This document shows positions 48,662 to 58,480 of a stretch of 64,000 nt of DNA, one piece after another (position 1 is the stretch's first letter; every line of letters begins with the position of its first letter). The DNA is from Acidimicrobiales bacterium (GTDB taxonomy: Bacteria; Actinomycetota; Acidimicrobiia; Acidimicrobiales; Aldehydirespiratoraceae), in assembly GCA_965214945.1 (NCBI GenBank), contig OZ244029.1, positions 2,444,868 to 2,508,867 on the forward strand. Reading direction: 5' to 3'. Under the pieces are notes generated by a model. The model was not told where the DNA came from. It worked only from the letters and a program-made list of their open reading frames with translations, and made no database searches. The translations under genes were made by a program, and so were the position numbers.

Positions 48662-50257
48662 TCAGCTCAGCAGATCTGCGTTGGACTCCACAGCGCGCAG
48701 GCGGGCCAGAGCTGTCTCCAAGGCCGTGACCACGGCGGTCGGGCCGTCGCCCGCGGCCTCGGCAAAGCCGCGCCGCAGGTCGTGAAGGGCCCGCAGCGTG
48801 TCGGTATCGACGAAGCGGTGCTCGTCGCGTGAGAACGACGCGAGCACGTCCACGGACGGGACCAGGCCGCGCTCCGCGGCCCAGCGGTCGAGGTGGATCT
48901 CCGTGTTGGCCGTTCCAGTGAACTCCTCTCGCACCACCTGATCAACAGAGCGGTACCTGGTCTTGTCGGTGACTAGCGAGGCGATCATCGTGATCGAGCC
49001 GGCTTGCGAGAGATTGCGACCCGCGCCGAACAGCTTCTTGGGCATGTGAACTGCGCCGCTTTCGACGTTGCCGCTGTAGGCCTTGCCGGCGTTCGACAGG
49101 GCTGTGTTGTAGGCGCGTGCCAGCGAGGTGAGGCTGTCCACCGCCAGCGCCACGTCGCGACCCGACTCGGCCAGGCGCTTGGCGCGTTCTACGGTCATCT
49201 CAGCGGTCTGGACGTGCTCTTCCGCGGGCTGGTCGAAGGAGGTGGCCGCAACCTCGCCGCTGCGGAGGCTGCCGCGGACTGCGCTGATGTCCTCAGGCCG
49301 CTGGTCGATGAACAGCCCCATCACAGAGATGTCGGGCTCGTTCGCCTCGATCGCTGTGAGCACTGCGGCCAGCAGCCGTGATACGCCGGAGCCGCGCGGC
49401 GCGTACACCAGCACACGCTGCCCGAGGCCGACGGGTGCCACCAGATCGATCAGCCTGGCTGTGACTTCGCGGGGAGCGCCGTCGGCGGCGCGGTGTTCCA
49501 GCTTGATCTGGCGGGATGCGTGAACCGCGCTGAGCTGCTCGAACAGCGGGCGATCCGACAGCTCCGCCGGGGCGCCGTTTATCGAGTCCAACGTCAGCAA
49601 AGCCGGATTCTTCTCAGCCCGGTTGGCGGGCCTAGACGTGCCGCACAGATGATCACCACGGCGCAGCCCGAACTGGCGGATCGTCTTCACCGGCACATAC
49701 GCGTCATTGCGGTTGGGCAGGTAGCCGTCCACCCGTAGGAATCCGTAGCCCTCAGCCCGAAGGTCTAGCTGGCCGGTCACGTCCACCGAGTCGCCCTTCC
49801 AGCCTTCGTCGCGATCACGGTCACGGTCACGGGTGCGTCGACGGCGGCGGTGGTTGCCCTTGTCAGCTCCGGCGGCGGGCGTGTTCTCTGTGCCCGCGGC
49901 TGCGGCGCTCTTGTTGGCAGAGCCCTTCGCCGGCGCCTTGGAAGCGGCTGTCCGGCCGGCGCCTTTGGACTTGGGGCCTGAACTCCCAGTACCGGAGGTC
50001 CGAGACGTAGCGGCACCCCTTTGGGCGGTCGGGGCGTGCCGAGAACGGGGCGCCCCGTTGCCCTTGGAGGGTGTGCGCTTGCTCGGCAGCTTGCCGTCCT
50101 GGGCTGGCGGACTGGAAGTCAGGTCGATTATCAGCTTCATGAGCTCGTCTTTGCGGGCTCGCGTCGACGGTTGACCGCCCAGCGCTCTGGCGATCTGCAT
50201 CAGTTCGCCGCGGTCTTTGCGCTGAAGTGTCGACCGTCGCATCTCGGTCGTTTCCAC
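48662..50257 (-). CDS. rho: Transcription termination factor Rho with an Arg/Gly/Lys-rich N-terminal insertion
   Basis: 531 aa. The Rho_N region is LMQIARALG…RKDELMKLI, followed by a low-complexity basic insert, an RNA-binding domain (GYGFLR) and a P-loop ATPase. Confidence 0.95.
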   Translation of the reverse strand: METTEMRRSTLQRKDRGELMQIARALGGQPSTRARKDELMKLIIDLTSSPPAQDGKLPSKRTPSKGNGAPRSRHAPTAQRGAATSRTSGTGSSGPKSKGAGRTAASKAPAKGSANKSAAAAGTENTPAAGADKGNHRRRRRTRDRDRDRDEGWKGDSVDVTGQLDLRAEGYGFLRVDGYLPNRNDAYVPVKTIRQFGLRRGDHLCGTSRPANRAEKNPALLTLDSINGAPAELSDRPLFEQLSAVHASRQIKLEHRAADGAPREVTARLIDLVAPVGLGQRVLVYAPRGSGVSRLLAAVLTAIEANEPDISVMGLFIDQRPEDISAVRGSLRSGEVAATSFDQPAEEHVQTAEMTVERAKRLAESGRDVALAVDSLTSLARAYNTALSNAGKAYSGNVESGAVHMPKKLFGAGRNLSQAGSITMIASLVTDKTRYRSVDQVVREEFTGTANTEIHLDRWAAERGLVPSVDVLASFSRDEHRFVDTDTLRALHDLRRGFAEAAGDGPTAVVTALETALARLRAVESNADLLS

Positions 50258-50446
50258 GGAACTTCCCCGGGTTGTCGGACACAGCGGCCAGACCCGGCGC
50301 GGCAGCGCTCACAAGCCTGAGACAAACCACCGTCACCTTAGCGGAGGCCGCTGAAGAACTCTGCGGCACCTGTTGGCGGGTGGCGCCGTAAGGATACCTC
50401 ACCAGCTCGTCGCTTGGCAACTCCGGCGTGATGGACACCAACGCCG

Positions 50447-51853
50447 CTAGACGCGTCGCACCGACCGGACGAACGACTCGACGGCCGCCAGGTCATTGGG
50501 AAGGTGCGCGCACCTCTCGGGCAGATCCCGCACAGCGGCCAGAGCCTCGGGCATGTCCGGCGCTCGGCCGGTGGCTGCCGTCACCGCTTCGGGAAACTTC
50601 GCGGGGTGCGCTGTGGCCAGCGTCACCACCAGCTCGCCGGGGCGGCGCTGCCGGCGGGACACCCCCACACCGACCGCGGTGTGGGGATCGATGAACATCC
50701 CGGCCTCGGCGTGCACGTCGGCCATCACAGCCAGCGTGGCCTGATCGTCGAGCCGGTCCCCGCGGAACCCAGCGCGCAGCGCGGTGTGGAGTTCGGGGCT
50801 CAGACCAGCCCGGCCTGTGGCCCGGAAGTCCCCCACCAGCCGTTCCGTGGCCGGGCCGTCTCCGCCAAGCAACTCGAACAGCAGCCTCTCCAGGTTGGAT
50901 GAGATCTGGATGTCCATGCTAGGCGACAGCGTCGGCACCACCTCGCGGGCTGAGAGTTCGCCGCTGGCGAGGAACCGGCTGAGGATGTCGTTGCTGTTGG
51001 ACGCGATGATCAGACGCTCTACGTCGAGTCCCATCCGGCGGGCGTAGTGTCCGGCGAGCACGTTGCCGAAGTTGCCGGTGGGAACGCAGAAGGTGACGGG
51101 CCGGTCGCCGCCGAGCTGCCGGTGGGCCCACACGTAGTACACGACCTGGGCCACCACCCTTGCCCAATTGATGGAGTTCACCGCGGCTAACCGAGACTCC
51201 GAGCGGAAGGCCTCGTCCGCGAACATCGCCTTGACGAGGTCTTGGCAGTCGTCGAAAGTGCCCTCGATGTCCGCTGCGTGGACGTTGGGCGCGGTGAGGG
51301 TGGTCATCTGGCGGCGCTGTATCTCGCTGGTTCGCCCGGCGGGGTGCAGCATCACGATGTCGATACGGTCGAGTCCGGCGACAGCCTCCATAGCCGCGGA
51401 GCCGGTGTCACCGGAGGTGGCGCCGACGATGGTGATCCGTTCGTCGCGGCGCTCCAACTCGAAGTCGAAGAGCCGGGCCACCAACTGCAAAGCGATGTCC
51501 TTGAAGGCGAACGTAGGCCCGTGGAACAGCTCGAGCAGCCAGTGGCTCTCGTCGAGCCGCACCAGCGGGCACACATCCGGGTGGGCGAAGCCGGCGTACG
51601 CGTCGGCGGTCAGCGTCCTCAGCAGATCGTAGGAGATCGCATCACCTGTGTATAGGGAGATCACCCGCGCTGCCAGCTCCGCATAACCGCCGTCGGACTG
51701 GCCGCCGGCTGCGGAGCGCGTCTCGGGTAGCGGAGGCACGACGGTGGGTACGTACAAGCCACCGTCGGTGGCGAGACCGGCGAGCAGCACCTCGTCGAAG
51801 GGCAGGTCGCCCGCGCCCGCAGCGGCGCGGGTGCTCACGTAGCGGACCGTCAC
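50447..51853 (-). CDS. thrC: Threonine synthase
   Basis: I place the start at the GTG at 51853 (GTGA overlap with the hom stop). The PLP-lysine region is FHGPTFAFKDIALQ. Confidence 0.9.
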   Translation of the reverse strand: MTVRYVSTRAAAGAGDLPFDEVLLAGLATDGGLYVPTVVPPLPETRSAAGGQSDGGYAELAARVISLYTGDAISYDLLRTLTADAYAGFAHPDVCPLVRLDESHWLLELFHGPTFAFKDIALQLVARLFDFELERRDERITIVGATSGDTGSAAMEAVAGLDRIDIVMLHPAGRTSEIQRRQMTTLTAPNVHAADIEGTFDDCQDLVKAMFADEAFRSESRLAAVNSINWARVVAQVVYYVWAHRQLGGDRPVTFCVPTGNFGNVLAGHYARRMGLDVERLIIASNSNDILSRFLASGELSAREVVPTLSPSMDIQISSNLERLLFELLGGDGPATERLVGDFRATGRAGLSPELHTALRAGFRGDRLDDQATLAVMADVHAEAGMFIDPHTAVGVGVSRRQRRPGELVVTLATAHPAKFPEAVTAATGRAPDMPEALAAVRDLPERCAHLPNDLAAVESFVRSVRRV

Positions 51854-53184
51854 GGGCGAGCCGGGTCGTCGTCGATCACGCGGATTACAGCGCCGAGCTT
51901 GTGGACAGGTTCCAAGCCGCGCAGGTCTCGTAAAGTAGCTTGCACGTCGCGCTCGCGGCACACGTGCGTGATGAACACCAGGCGGGCGTCGTCGCCGATG
52001 CCGTGCTGCTCCATGGAGCGGATCGACACCTCATGCCGCCCGAACACGTCAGCCACTGCGGCCAACACGCCCGGCCTGTCGGCCACCTCCAGCCCGATGC
52101 AGTAAGCGGATCGGAGATCGTCGATTGAACGGATGCGGGCTCGCACCAGCCGCCCGATCCTGCCCGGGCCCCCGGTTGTGAGGTTCACGGCCGCATCGAT
52201 CAGGTCGCCAAGCACTGCGCCGGCTGTGGGCCTGCCGCCGGCGCCGCGGCCGTAGAACATCAGCTCGCCTACCGCGTCGCCCTCCACGAACACGGCGTTG
52301 AAGCTGTCTCGCACTGAGGCCAGCGGATGATTGGCCGGAACCATGGCAGGGTGAACCCTCACCGACACCTCCGGCGCCCGCTCGCAGCCTGCCTGCTCAG
52401 CCGCCGAATGGTCGGAACCGGCCCGCTCTGCCACGGCGATGGCTTTCACCGCGTAGCCCAGTCGAGCAGCCATTTCGATGTCATGGCGCGTCACCTGCGA
52501 GATGCCTTCGTGGTAGACGTCGCCAGCCACCACTACTGCGCCGAACGCGACCGTGGCGATGATCGCAGCTTTGGCACCCGCGTCGAGCCCCTCGACGTCG
52601 GCGGTGGGGTCCCGCTCCGCGTAGCCCAGGCTTTGAGCCTCGCTGAGCGCGTCGGCGTAGCCGGCGCCGTGCTCAGACATCTGGGTGAGGATGTAGTTGG
52701 TGGTGCCGTTGACGATGCCCATCACACGGCGCAGCGGCTCGCCCGCCAGCGATTCTCGCAGTGGCCGGATCAGCGGGATGGCTCCCGCCACAGCCGCCTC
52801 GAACAGCAGGTCCACGCTGGCTTCGTCGGCAGCAGCGAACAGCTCGGCACCGTAGTTAGCGAGCAGCTCCTTGTTGGCGGTGATCACCGGTTTGCCCTCT
52901 GCGATCGCGCCTCTCAGCAGCGTCCGCGCTGGCTCAATCCCGCCGATCACCTCCACGATCACGTCGATCTCGGGGTCGGCCACAACTGCAGCGGCGTCGG
53001 CGACAAGAATCTGCGGGTCTATGTCGAGGCCCCTGTCCTTGGCCGTGGAGCGCACTGCGATACGGGCAATCTGCAAGTCGATGCCGGTGCGGGCCGCGAT
53101 CTGCCGGCGCTGTTCGCTGAGCAACGTCACCAGAGCCGATCCCACATGGCCGCAGCCCAGAAGTCCGATCCGGAGCCGGTTCAC
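51850..53184 (-). CDS. hom: Homoserine dehydrogenase
   Basis: 444 aa. The N-terminus is IGLLGCGHVGSA (NAD-binding), with a catalytic domain and a C-terminal ACT domain. Confidence 0.93.
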   Translation of the reverse strand: MNRLRIGLLGCGHVGSALVTLLSEQRRQIAARTGIDLQIARIAVRSTAKDRGLDIDPQILVADAAAVVADPEIDVIVEVIGGIEPARTLLRGAIAEGKPVITANKELLANYGAELFAAADEASVDLLFEAAVAGAIPLIRPLRESLAGEPLRRVMGIVNGTTNYILTQMSEHGAGYADALSEAQSLGYAERDPTADVEGLDAGAKAAIIATVAFGAVVVAGDVYHEGISQVTRHDIEMAARLGYAVKAIAVAERAGSDHSAAEQAGCERAPEVSVRVHPAMVPANHPLASVRDSFNAVFVEGDAVGELMFYGRGAGGRPTAGAVLGDLIDAAVNLTTGGPGRIGRLVRARIRSIDDLRSAYCIGLEVADRPGVLAAVADVFGRHEVSIRSMEQHGIGDDARLVFITHVCRERDVQATLRDLRGLEPVHKLGAVIRVIDDDPARP

Positions 53185-53401
53185 GGCGCCACGCTACAGC
53201 TGCCCCCGCGCAGAACTCCCGGGCGCGCCCGCCGTCACGGTCTTGATCACGACTCGCAGTCCTGAACACGACAGTTTCGCCTTGGCGTCCGGCCTGGAAC
53301 TCGTGAAAGCTGAGCACAACTGACAGGCGTGAGGGCACAGCTTTCTGTTCCGTGTGGGTTCAGAGATTTATCCTTACATTTCAAGCAATATCATTGATCC
53401 T

Positions 53402-54169
53402 ATGAAGGATTTCAGCGGTCGCTTCGTGTGCTCGTTAGCGGATGTGCTGCGCGAGCGCGGGCGGTTGTCCGACGGCGAGGTCCGGGCCGTGGCTGCAGCC
53501 GCCGCGGCAGCTTTGGCCAGGGTTCACGCCTCCGGGCGTGTTCACGGCGACGTAAAACCGGCGACCCTGCTGCTGAGCCGCGACGGCGGGCTCTGGCTGA
53601 CCGACCTCGGCTCGGCTGCGCCTGCGGAGAGGCGACTGCCCGGCCGCGGCCGGGCAGCGCCGGGCCCTGGGACTCATCCTCGTGCCGATTTGAGAGCGCT
53701 GGGGGTCACTCTGATCGAACTCGCCACCGGAATCCCTGCTGATGCGGGCATCGTCTGGAAGGCCTCGGAACTGCCCCGGCTGGGTTGTTCGCCTGCTCTC
53801 AGCTCTCAGATCGCGGCACTTTTTGATCCGGGCTCAACCGCCGAGGCCGTGGCTGGCGAGTTCGAGCGCTCCGGGGTGTCCGCGCTGCCGGTGCCCGTTG
53901 TGCTCGAAGCGTTCACCGACCCGACCCCCACCGTCGAGTTCATGCCGGTACGCCCGCCGCCGGCATCGCCCGCAGGGGCTGGCACGCCGTCGGCGAGGCC
54001 GGCGGCCAGCAAGTCGCGATGGGCGTCGGTGCGCGCTTGTTGGACTGGCGGTCAGACGCCTTCATCGATGTCGCAGGCCAGCAGGTCACGGTGGGTTTCC
54101 CGGCGAACCACCAGACGAGCGGCGCCGTCGGCGACGAACACCACCGCCGGGCGCAGGACTTTGTTGTAG
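53402..54169 (+). CDS. Truncated Ser/Thr protein-kinase-like protein (C-lobe only; probable pseudokinase or gene remnant)
   Basis: VHGDVKPATLLLSRDGGLWLTDLG corresponds to degenerate HRDxKPxN and DFG motifs, and DLRALGVTLIELATG corresponds to subdomain IX. There is no glycine loop or VAIK lysine, and no room for them before hom. The Pro-rich tail and the last ~118 nt overlap the lysA 3' end on the opposite strand. The start is the ATG at 53402, after an AT-rich patch. Confidence 0.35.
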   Translation: MKDFSGRFVCSLADVLRERGRLSDGEVRAVAAAAAAALARVHASGRVHGDVKPATLLLSRDGGLWLTDLGSAAPAERRLPGRGRAAPGPGTHPRADLRALGVTLIELATGIPADAGIVWKASELPRLGCSPALSSQIAALFDPGSTAEAVAGEFERSGVSALPVPVVLEAFTDPTPTVEFMPVRPPPASPAGAGTPSARPAASKSRWASVRACWTGGQTPSSMSQASRSRWVSRRTTRRAAPSATNTTAGRRTLL

Positions 54170-55335
54170 TTGGAGCCCATCGAGTGGCCGTAAGCACCGG
54201 TAACCGGTGTGGCCAGGATGTCGCCCACCGACAGGTCGTCGGGCACGGCCGCGCCGCGCACCAGCAGGTCTCCCGATTCGCAGTGCTTTCCTACAACGGT
54301 CACCGTCTTGGGCCGGGGCGCGTCGGCGGCGCGGGGTAGGAAGGCCTCATAGCCGCTGCCGTACAGCACAGGCCGAGGGTTGTCGCTCATGCCGCCGTCG
54401 ACGGCTGCGTAGGTACGCACTCCGTCGATCTCCTTGATCGTTCCCACCGTGTAGAGGGTGATCGCGGCAGCAGCCGCGATGCTGCGTCCCGGCTCGGCCG
54501 TCACCCGCGCCGTTACCCCGGCCCGCTCGCAGGCGCTTAGCACTACTTCGCCCCACTCGGTGATGGTCGGAGCCGACTCGCCGGTCACATAGGGCACGCC
54601 CAAACCTCCGCCGAAGGAGATCTCCTCCACGTCGTAAGGCGCGGCAGCCGCCGCTATCACCTCGACGGCCTTAGCGAACGACGACGACTCAAAGACCTGG
54701 CTGCCGATGTGGGAGTGGATTCCCACCACCTTTACCGACGCTGACGCGCTGGCGCGTGCCATGGCCACCGCCGCCGTGCCGTCGGAGACGGTGAAACCGA
54801 ACTTGGAGTCGTTGCCGCCGGTGGCGACGTACTCGTGTGTGTGGGCCTCCACGCCGGGCGTGAAGCGCAGCAGCACCCTGGGCCGAGCGCCGGTTTCGGT
54901 GTGGAGGTCGTCGAGGCGGTCGAACTCGTCGAAGCTGTCCACAACGATCCGGCCCACCCCGGCGTCGATGCCGGCCCGCAGCTCCGCTATCGACTTGTTG
55001 TTGCCGTGCAGCACGAGCCGCTCCGCGGGCACACCCGCCGCTAGGGCCACATGCATCTCCCCGCCGGTGGCCACGTCGATGCCCATTCCCTCTGAGAAGA
55101 CGAGGCGAGCCATGGCACGGCACAGGAACGCCTTGGCCGCGTAAGACACGCCGTCACCGAACGCGGCTACCGCCTCGCGGCACCGGTTGCGCAGGTGCGC
55201 CTCGTCATACACAAAAAGCGGCGTGCCGAACTTTTTGGCCAGGGCTATCAGATCGCAGCCCCCCACAAAGAGACGTCCGCCCACCAGCCCGTGCGTGTCG
55301 GGCAGCAACGCGCGCGGCAGCGGGCCGGGCGCCAT
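54052..55335 (-). CDS. lysA: Diaminopimelate decarboxylase
   Basis: I place the start at the ATG at 55335, 11 nt after the argS stop. The track ORF extends into argS. The PLP-lysine region is YAAKAF, and GGGLGVPY is present. Confidence 0.93.
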   Translation of the reverse strand: MAPGPLPRALLPDTHGLVGGRLFVGGCDLIALAKKFGTPLFVYDEAHLRNRCREAVAAFGDGVSYAAKAFLCRAMARLVFSEGMGIDVATGGEMHVALAAGVPAERLVLHGNNKSIAELRAGIDAGVGRIVVDSFDEFDRLDDLHTETGARPRVLLRFTPGVEAHTHEYVATGGNDSKFGFTVSDGTAAVAMARASASASVKVVGIHSHIGSQVFESSSFAKAVEVIAAAAAPYDVEEISFGGGLGVPYVTGESAPTITEWGEVVLSACERAGVTARVTAEPGRSIAAAAAITLYTVGTIKEIDGVRTYAAVDGGMSDNPRPVLYGSGYEAFLPRAADAPRPKTVTVVGKHCESGDLLVRGAAVPDDLSVGDILATPVTGAYGHSMGSNYNKVLRPAVVFVADGAARLVVRRETHRDLLACDIDEGV

Positions 55336-55345
55336 GGGCCGGCGG

Positions 55346-56959
55346 CTACAGCCGCTCTGGGGCCGACACACCGAGGATTCCGAGGCCCACTTCGAGCCCC
55401 ACCCTGGTGGCCTCAACGAGCCAGAGCCTGCCTTGGCGCACGTCTTCGGAAACACCTTCGCGCAGAATCGGGCAGTCGTGCCAGAAACGGTGGAAGGCCG
55501 CGGCCAGATCTCGGGCCCACGCTGTGATCTGGTGAGGCGCCCGGGCGCGCATCGCGGCCAGGACGGCGTCTGGCAGCGCTGCCAGCAGTCGCAGCACTTC
55601 AAGTTCCCGCCAGTGGGTCAGCACCGACAAGTCAACCCCGCCCAACGGCTCCCGTGTGACGCCCCGCTCTGTGGCGACGCGGGCCAGCGAGTGGATGCGG
55701 GCGCTGGCGTACTGCAGGTAGTACACGGGGTTCTCTGCGGACCGCGCGGAGATCGCTTCGACGTCGATCGTCTGGGTGGTGTCGATGGATTGGAGCAGGT
55801 AAGTCAGCCGGGTGACGTCGGCACCCACTTCATCAAGCAGATCCGAGACCCGCACGATCGCCCCGGACCGCTTAGCGAGGCGGATCTCCTTGGCGCCGCG
55901 GCGCAGTGTGACGTTCTGCCCAATAATCGCCTCATATGCGCCGGGATCATGGCCCAGGGAGACCATGGCGGCCCGCATCCGGGCAACGTAGCCGTGGTGG
56001 TCAGCGCCCAACACGTCGATCACCAAGTCGGCCCGGGCGAACTTCTCGTGGTGGTAGGCGATGTCGGGAAGCAAATACGTCGGCTCGCCGTCGCTCTTGA
56101 CCAGCACCCGGTCGGCTGTGTCGCCGAAGTCGCCACTGCACAGCCAGATCGCGCCCTCGGCCCGGCGCACCACGCCGCGGCTGCGCAGCTCGACCAGCAT
56201 GTCGTCCATTGCACCGCTGTGAACCAGATCGCTCTCGCTTGTCCAGTGGTCGAAAGCTACGTTCATCGAGCGGAGGTCGGCGGCCTGGTCGTTGCGGGCG
56301 CGCTCGATCCCCCACTCGCGCGGATCGGCGTCCGCGGGCATCTCAGCGGCCCAGCCGGCGACGTAGTCGCCCCAATACCCGTCTTCGGGGGGCTGCGCGC
56401 CCGCTCGTCGGGCCGCCAGCGACTCGGCGAACAGCTCGGTCTGGCGGCCCCGGTCGTTCACGTAAAACTCGCGCACGACGCTATAGCCGCAGCGCTCTAG
56501 CAGCCGGCACAGCGAGTCGCCGTAAGCGGCCCAGCGGCCGTGGCCCGCATGCAGCGGCCCGGTGGGGTTGGCCGACACAAACTCAACGCTGACGGTGCGC
56601 CCCGTGCCAACCTCGTGACGGGCGTAGGCGTCCGGGCCTGCTGCGACCGCCTCGCTCAGCACCTCGTGCAGCCACGAGTTCGCCAGGCGGAAGTTCACGA
56701 ACCCCGGCCCGGCGGCCTCCACACTTTGCACGTGCGCCGGCGGGTTGTCCGCGAGCAGTTTGACAAGCTGCTCCGCAAGCTGCCGCGGAGGCCGACGCGC
56801 CGCCTTCGCGCAGGCGAGCGCGACGTTCGACGACCAGTCGCCATGCGAGCGGTCTCGGGGGCGTTCCAAAGCGATCTCCGCCGGGGCCTCGACTTCGGCC
56901 GCCCTCAAAGCGCAGCGCAGACCAGCCCGCAGATTGGCGCGCACATCCGGCATCCACAT
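55346..56959 (-). CDS. argS: Arginyl-tRNA synthetase
   Basis: 537 aa. It has the class I HIGH-like motif SANPTGPLHAGHGR and a C-terminal DALR anticodon-binding domain. Confidence 0.95.
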   Translation of the reverse strand: MWMPDVRANLRAGLRCALRAAEVEAPAEIALERPRDRSHGDWSSNVALACAKAARRPPRQLAEQLVKLLADNPPAHVQSVEAAGPGFVNFRLANSWLHEVLSEAVAAGPDAYARHEVGTGRTVSVEFVSANPTGPLHAGHGRWAAYGDSLCRLLERCGYSVVREFYVNDRGRQTELFAESLAARRAGAQPPEDGYWGDYVAGWAAEMPADADPREWGIERARNDQAADLRSMNVAFDHWTSESDLVHSGAMDDMLVELRSRGVVRRAEGAIWLCSGDFGDTADRVLVKSDGEPTYLLPDIAYHHEKFARADLVIDVLGADHHGYVARMRAAMVSLGHDPGAYEAIIGQNVTLRRGAKEIRLAKRSGAIVRVSDLLDEVGADVTRLTYLLQSIDTTQTIDVEAISARSAENPVYYLQYASARIHSLARVATERGVTREPLGGVDLSVLTHWRELEVLRLLAALPDAVLAAMRARAPHQITAWARDLAAAFHRFWHDCPILREGVSEDVRQGRLWLVEATRVGLEVGLGILGVSAPERL

Positions 56960-57065
56960 GATGCTACCGACGGGGCCAGGTCCGCCGGGCTGCAGCCTGC
57001 CGCCGCTCCTCGGCTGCCCCGCTGCAGCCTGCGGGCCTTCAAGTGGCGGTAATATCGGCTCGCAA

Positions 57066-57137
57066 GCCCTCGTAGCTCAGTGGATAGAGCATCGGCCTCC
57101 GGAGCCGTGTGCGCAGGTTCGACTCCTGTCGAGGGTA
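57066..57137 (+). tRNA. tRNA-Arg (anticodon CCG)
   Basis: Manual cloverleaf: acceptor GCCCTCG/CGAGGGT, D arm GCTC-AGTGGATA-GAGC, anticodon arm TCGGC-CTCCGGA-GCCGT (anticodon CCG), 4-nt variable loop, T arm GCAGG-TTCGACT-CCTGT, discriminator A. No encoded CCA. It is divergent from argS. Confidence 0.85.
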
Positions 57138-57186
57138 CGCAGCCATATCGCCGGCAGATCATGGGCGGCGGCTCTATCATCTGACT

Positions 57187-58398
57187 ATGGCCGTCGCAGC
57201 AACGCCCGCCGCTGCCCCTGCCAAGAAGGCCCGCTGGAAGTACCAATGGAAGGAACTCCACGACGAGGTGATCACCTCGGGCCTGTGCACGGGCTGCGCC
57301 GGATGCGTGATCGCCTGCCCGCACCACGTGATCGGCTACACCCACGAGCCGGGCGCCTACAGGCCCTTCCATCTCGAGGAGGAACTCGGCGCGGACGACT
57401 GCATCCACGGCCAGAAGGGCTGCACGTCGTGCACCAGGGCGTGCCCGCGGTTTCGAATGTGGGAGCCCGAGGCCGACCGGCATCTGTTCGGGCGAGAGCG
57501 CTACGACGACGAGATATCCGGGGTGTTCTCCGATATTTTGCTGGTGCGTGCCAGCGACGATTTTGTCTACGAGATCGGCCAGGACGGCGGACTGGTGTCG
57601 GCGCTTCTCATTTGGTGCCTAGAGAACGACATCATCGACGGCGCTCTCACCAGCGGGGTTGAGCAGCTTCCTAACGGCGAGCCCGGCTGGAAAGCCTTCC
57701 CGATGGTGGCCGCCGACCGCGATGAGGTGCTGCGAGGCGCGGGCAGTCGCTACACCTATTCTGCTAACACGATCGCGTACGACGAGGCCCGGTCCCGGGG
57801 CCTGAGCCGGCTGGCTCTGGTGGGCATGAGCTGCCAGACCTCCATCGGCCCGGTGATGTGGCACCGCAAGGTGGGCAAGGTGGGCAAGGCGATCAAGCTC
57901 AACATTGGGCTGCTCTGCTCGAAGTCGTTCGACGACTCGCTGTTCGACGAGCTGTTCGAGGTGAAGTACGGGCTTCCGGCCGACAGCATCGCCAAGATGA
58001 ACATCAAGGGCGTGTTCCAGATCTGGACCAAGGACGGCCGCTACTACGAGATCAACCTGAAGGAGTGCCACGCCTGGACACGTGAGGGCTGCAACCTCTG
58101 CCCGGACTTCGCGGCCGAGCATGCCGACATCTCCACCGGCGGGATAGGTGAGCTAACCGACTGGACTCTCACGGTGGTGCGCACCGAGCTGGGCAGGGCG
58201 ATCATCGACGCCATGGCCCGAGACGGTGCCATCGTGACCCGGCCCGGCGACGACGACCCCGGTGCCATCGCCCTGATGCACAGACTTGCCGCCAAGAGCC
58301 GTAAGCGCTGGCCGGACTGGGCCGACGGCTCGGCCCGACTGGGTCTGCCACAGCGTAAGCCTCTCCAGCGGAAGTCTTTCAGCGGCCTCACGGGTTGA
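57187..58398 (+). CDS. FrhB/FdhB-family protein (coenzyme F420 hydrogenase/dehydrogenase beta-subunit-like, with an N-terminal Fe-S Cys cluster)
   Basis: I place the start at the ATG at 57187, because the track start at 57109 overlaps the tRNA. The Cys motifs are CTGCAGCVIACP and CTSCTRACP, followed by an FrhB N/C-like body (GQDGGLVSALL…GMSCQ…CPDFAAEHADIS). Confidence 0.65.
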   Translation: MAVAATPAAAPAKKARWKYQWKELHDEVITSGLCTGCAGCVIACPHHVIGYTHEPGAYRPFHLEEELGADDCIHGQKGCTSCTRACPRFRMWEPEADRHLFGRERYDDEISGVFSDILLVRASDDFVYEIGQDGGLVSALLIWCLENDIIDGALTSGVEQLPNGEPGWKAFPMVAADRDEVLRGAGSRYTYSANTIAYDEARSRGLSRLALVGMSCQTSIGPVMWHRKVGKVGKAIKLNIGLLCSKSFDDSLFDELFEVKYGLPADSIAKMNIKGVFQIWTKDGRYYEINLKECHAWTREGCNLCPDFAAEHADISTGGIGELTDWTLTVVRTELGRAIIDAMARDGAIVTRPGDDDPGAIALMHRLAAKSRKRWPDWADGSARLGLPQRKPLQRKSFSGLTG

Positions 58399-58480
58399 CG
58401 TAGGTAGTCCAGTCTTAACTCAGGTCACATCTGAGTATGAGAACGACAGCGGCAATTGAAACAAACGGAGGATGACAGCG

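Noticed and set aside
57066-57137. tRNA-Arg as an integration target for nearby accessory DNA.
   Set aside because: The flanking genes (argS and the FrhB-like gene) have core-like composition. I saw no direct repeat of the tRNA 3' end and no integrase.
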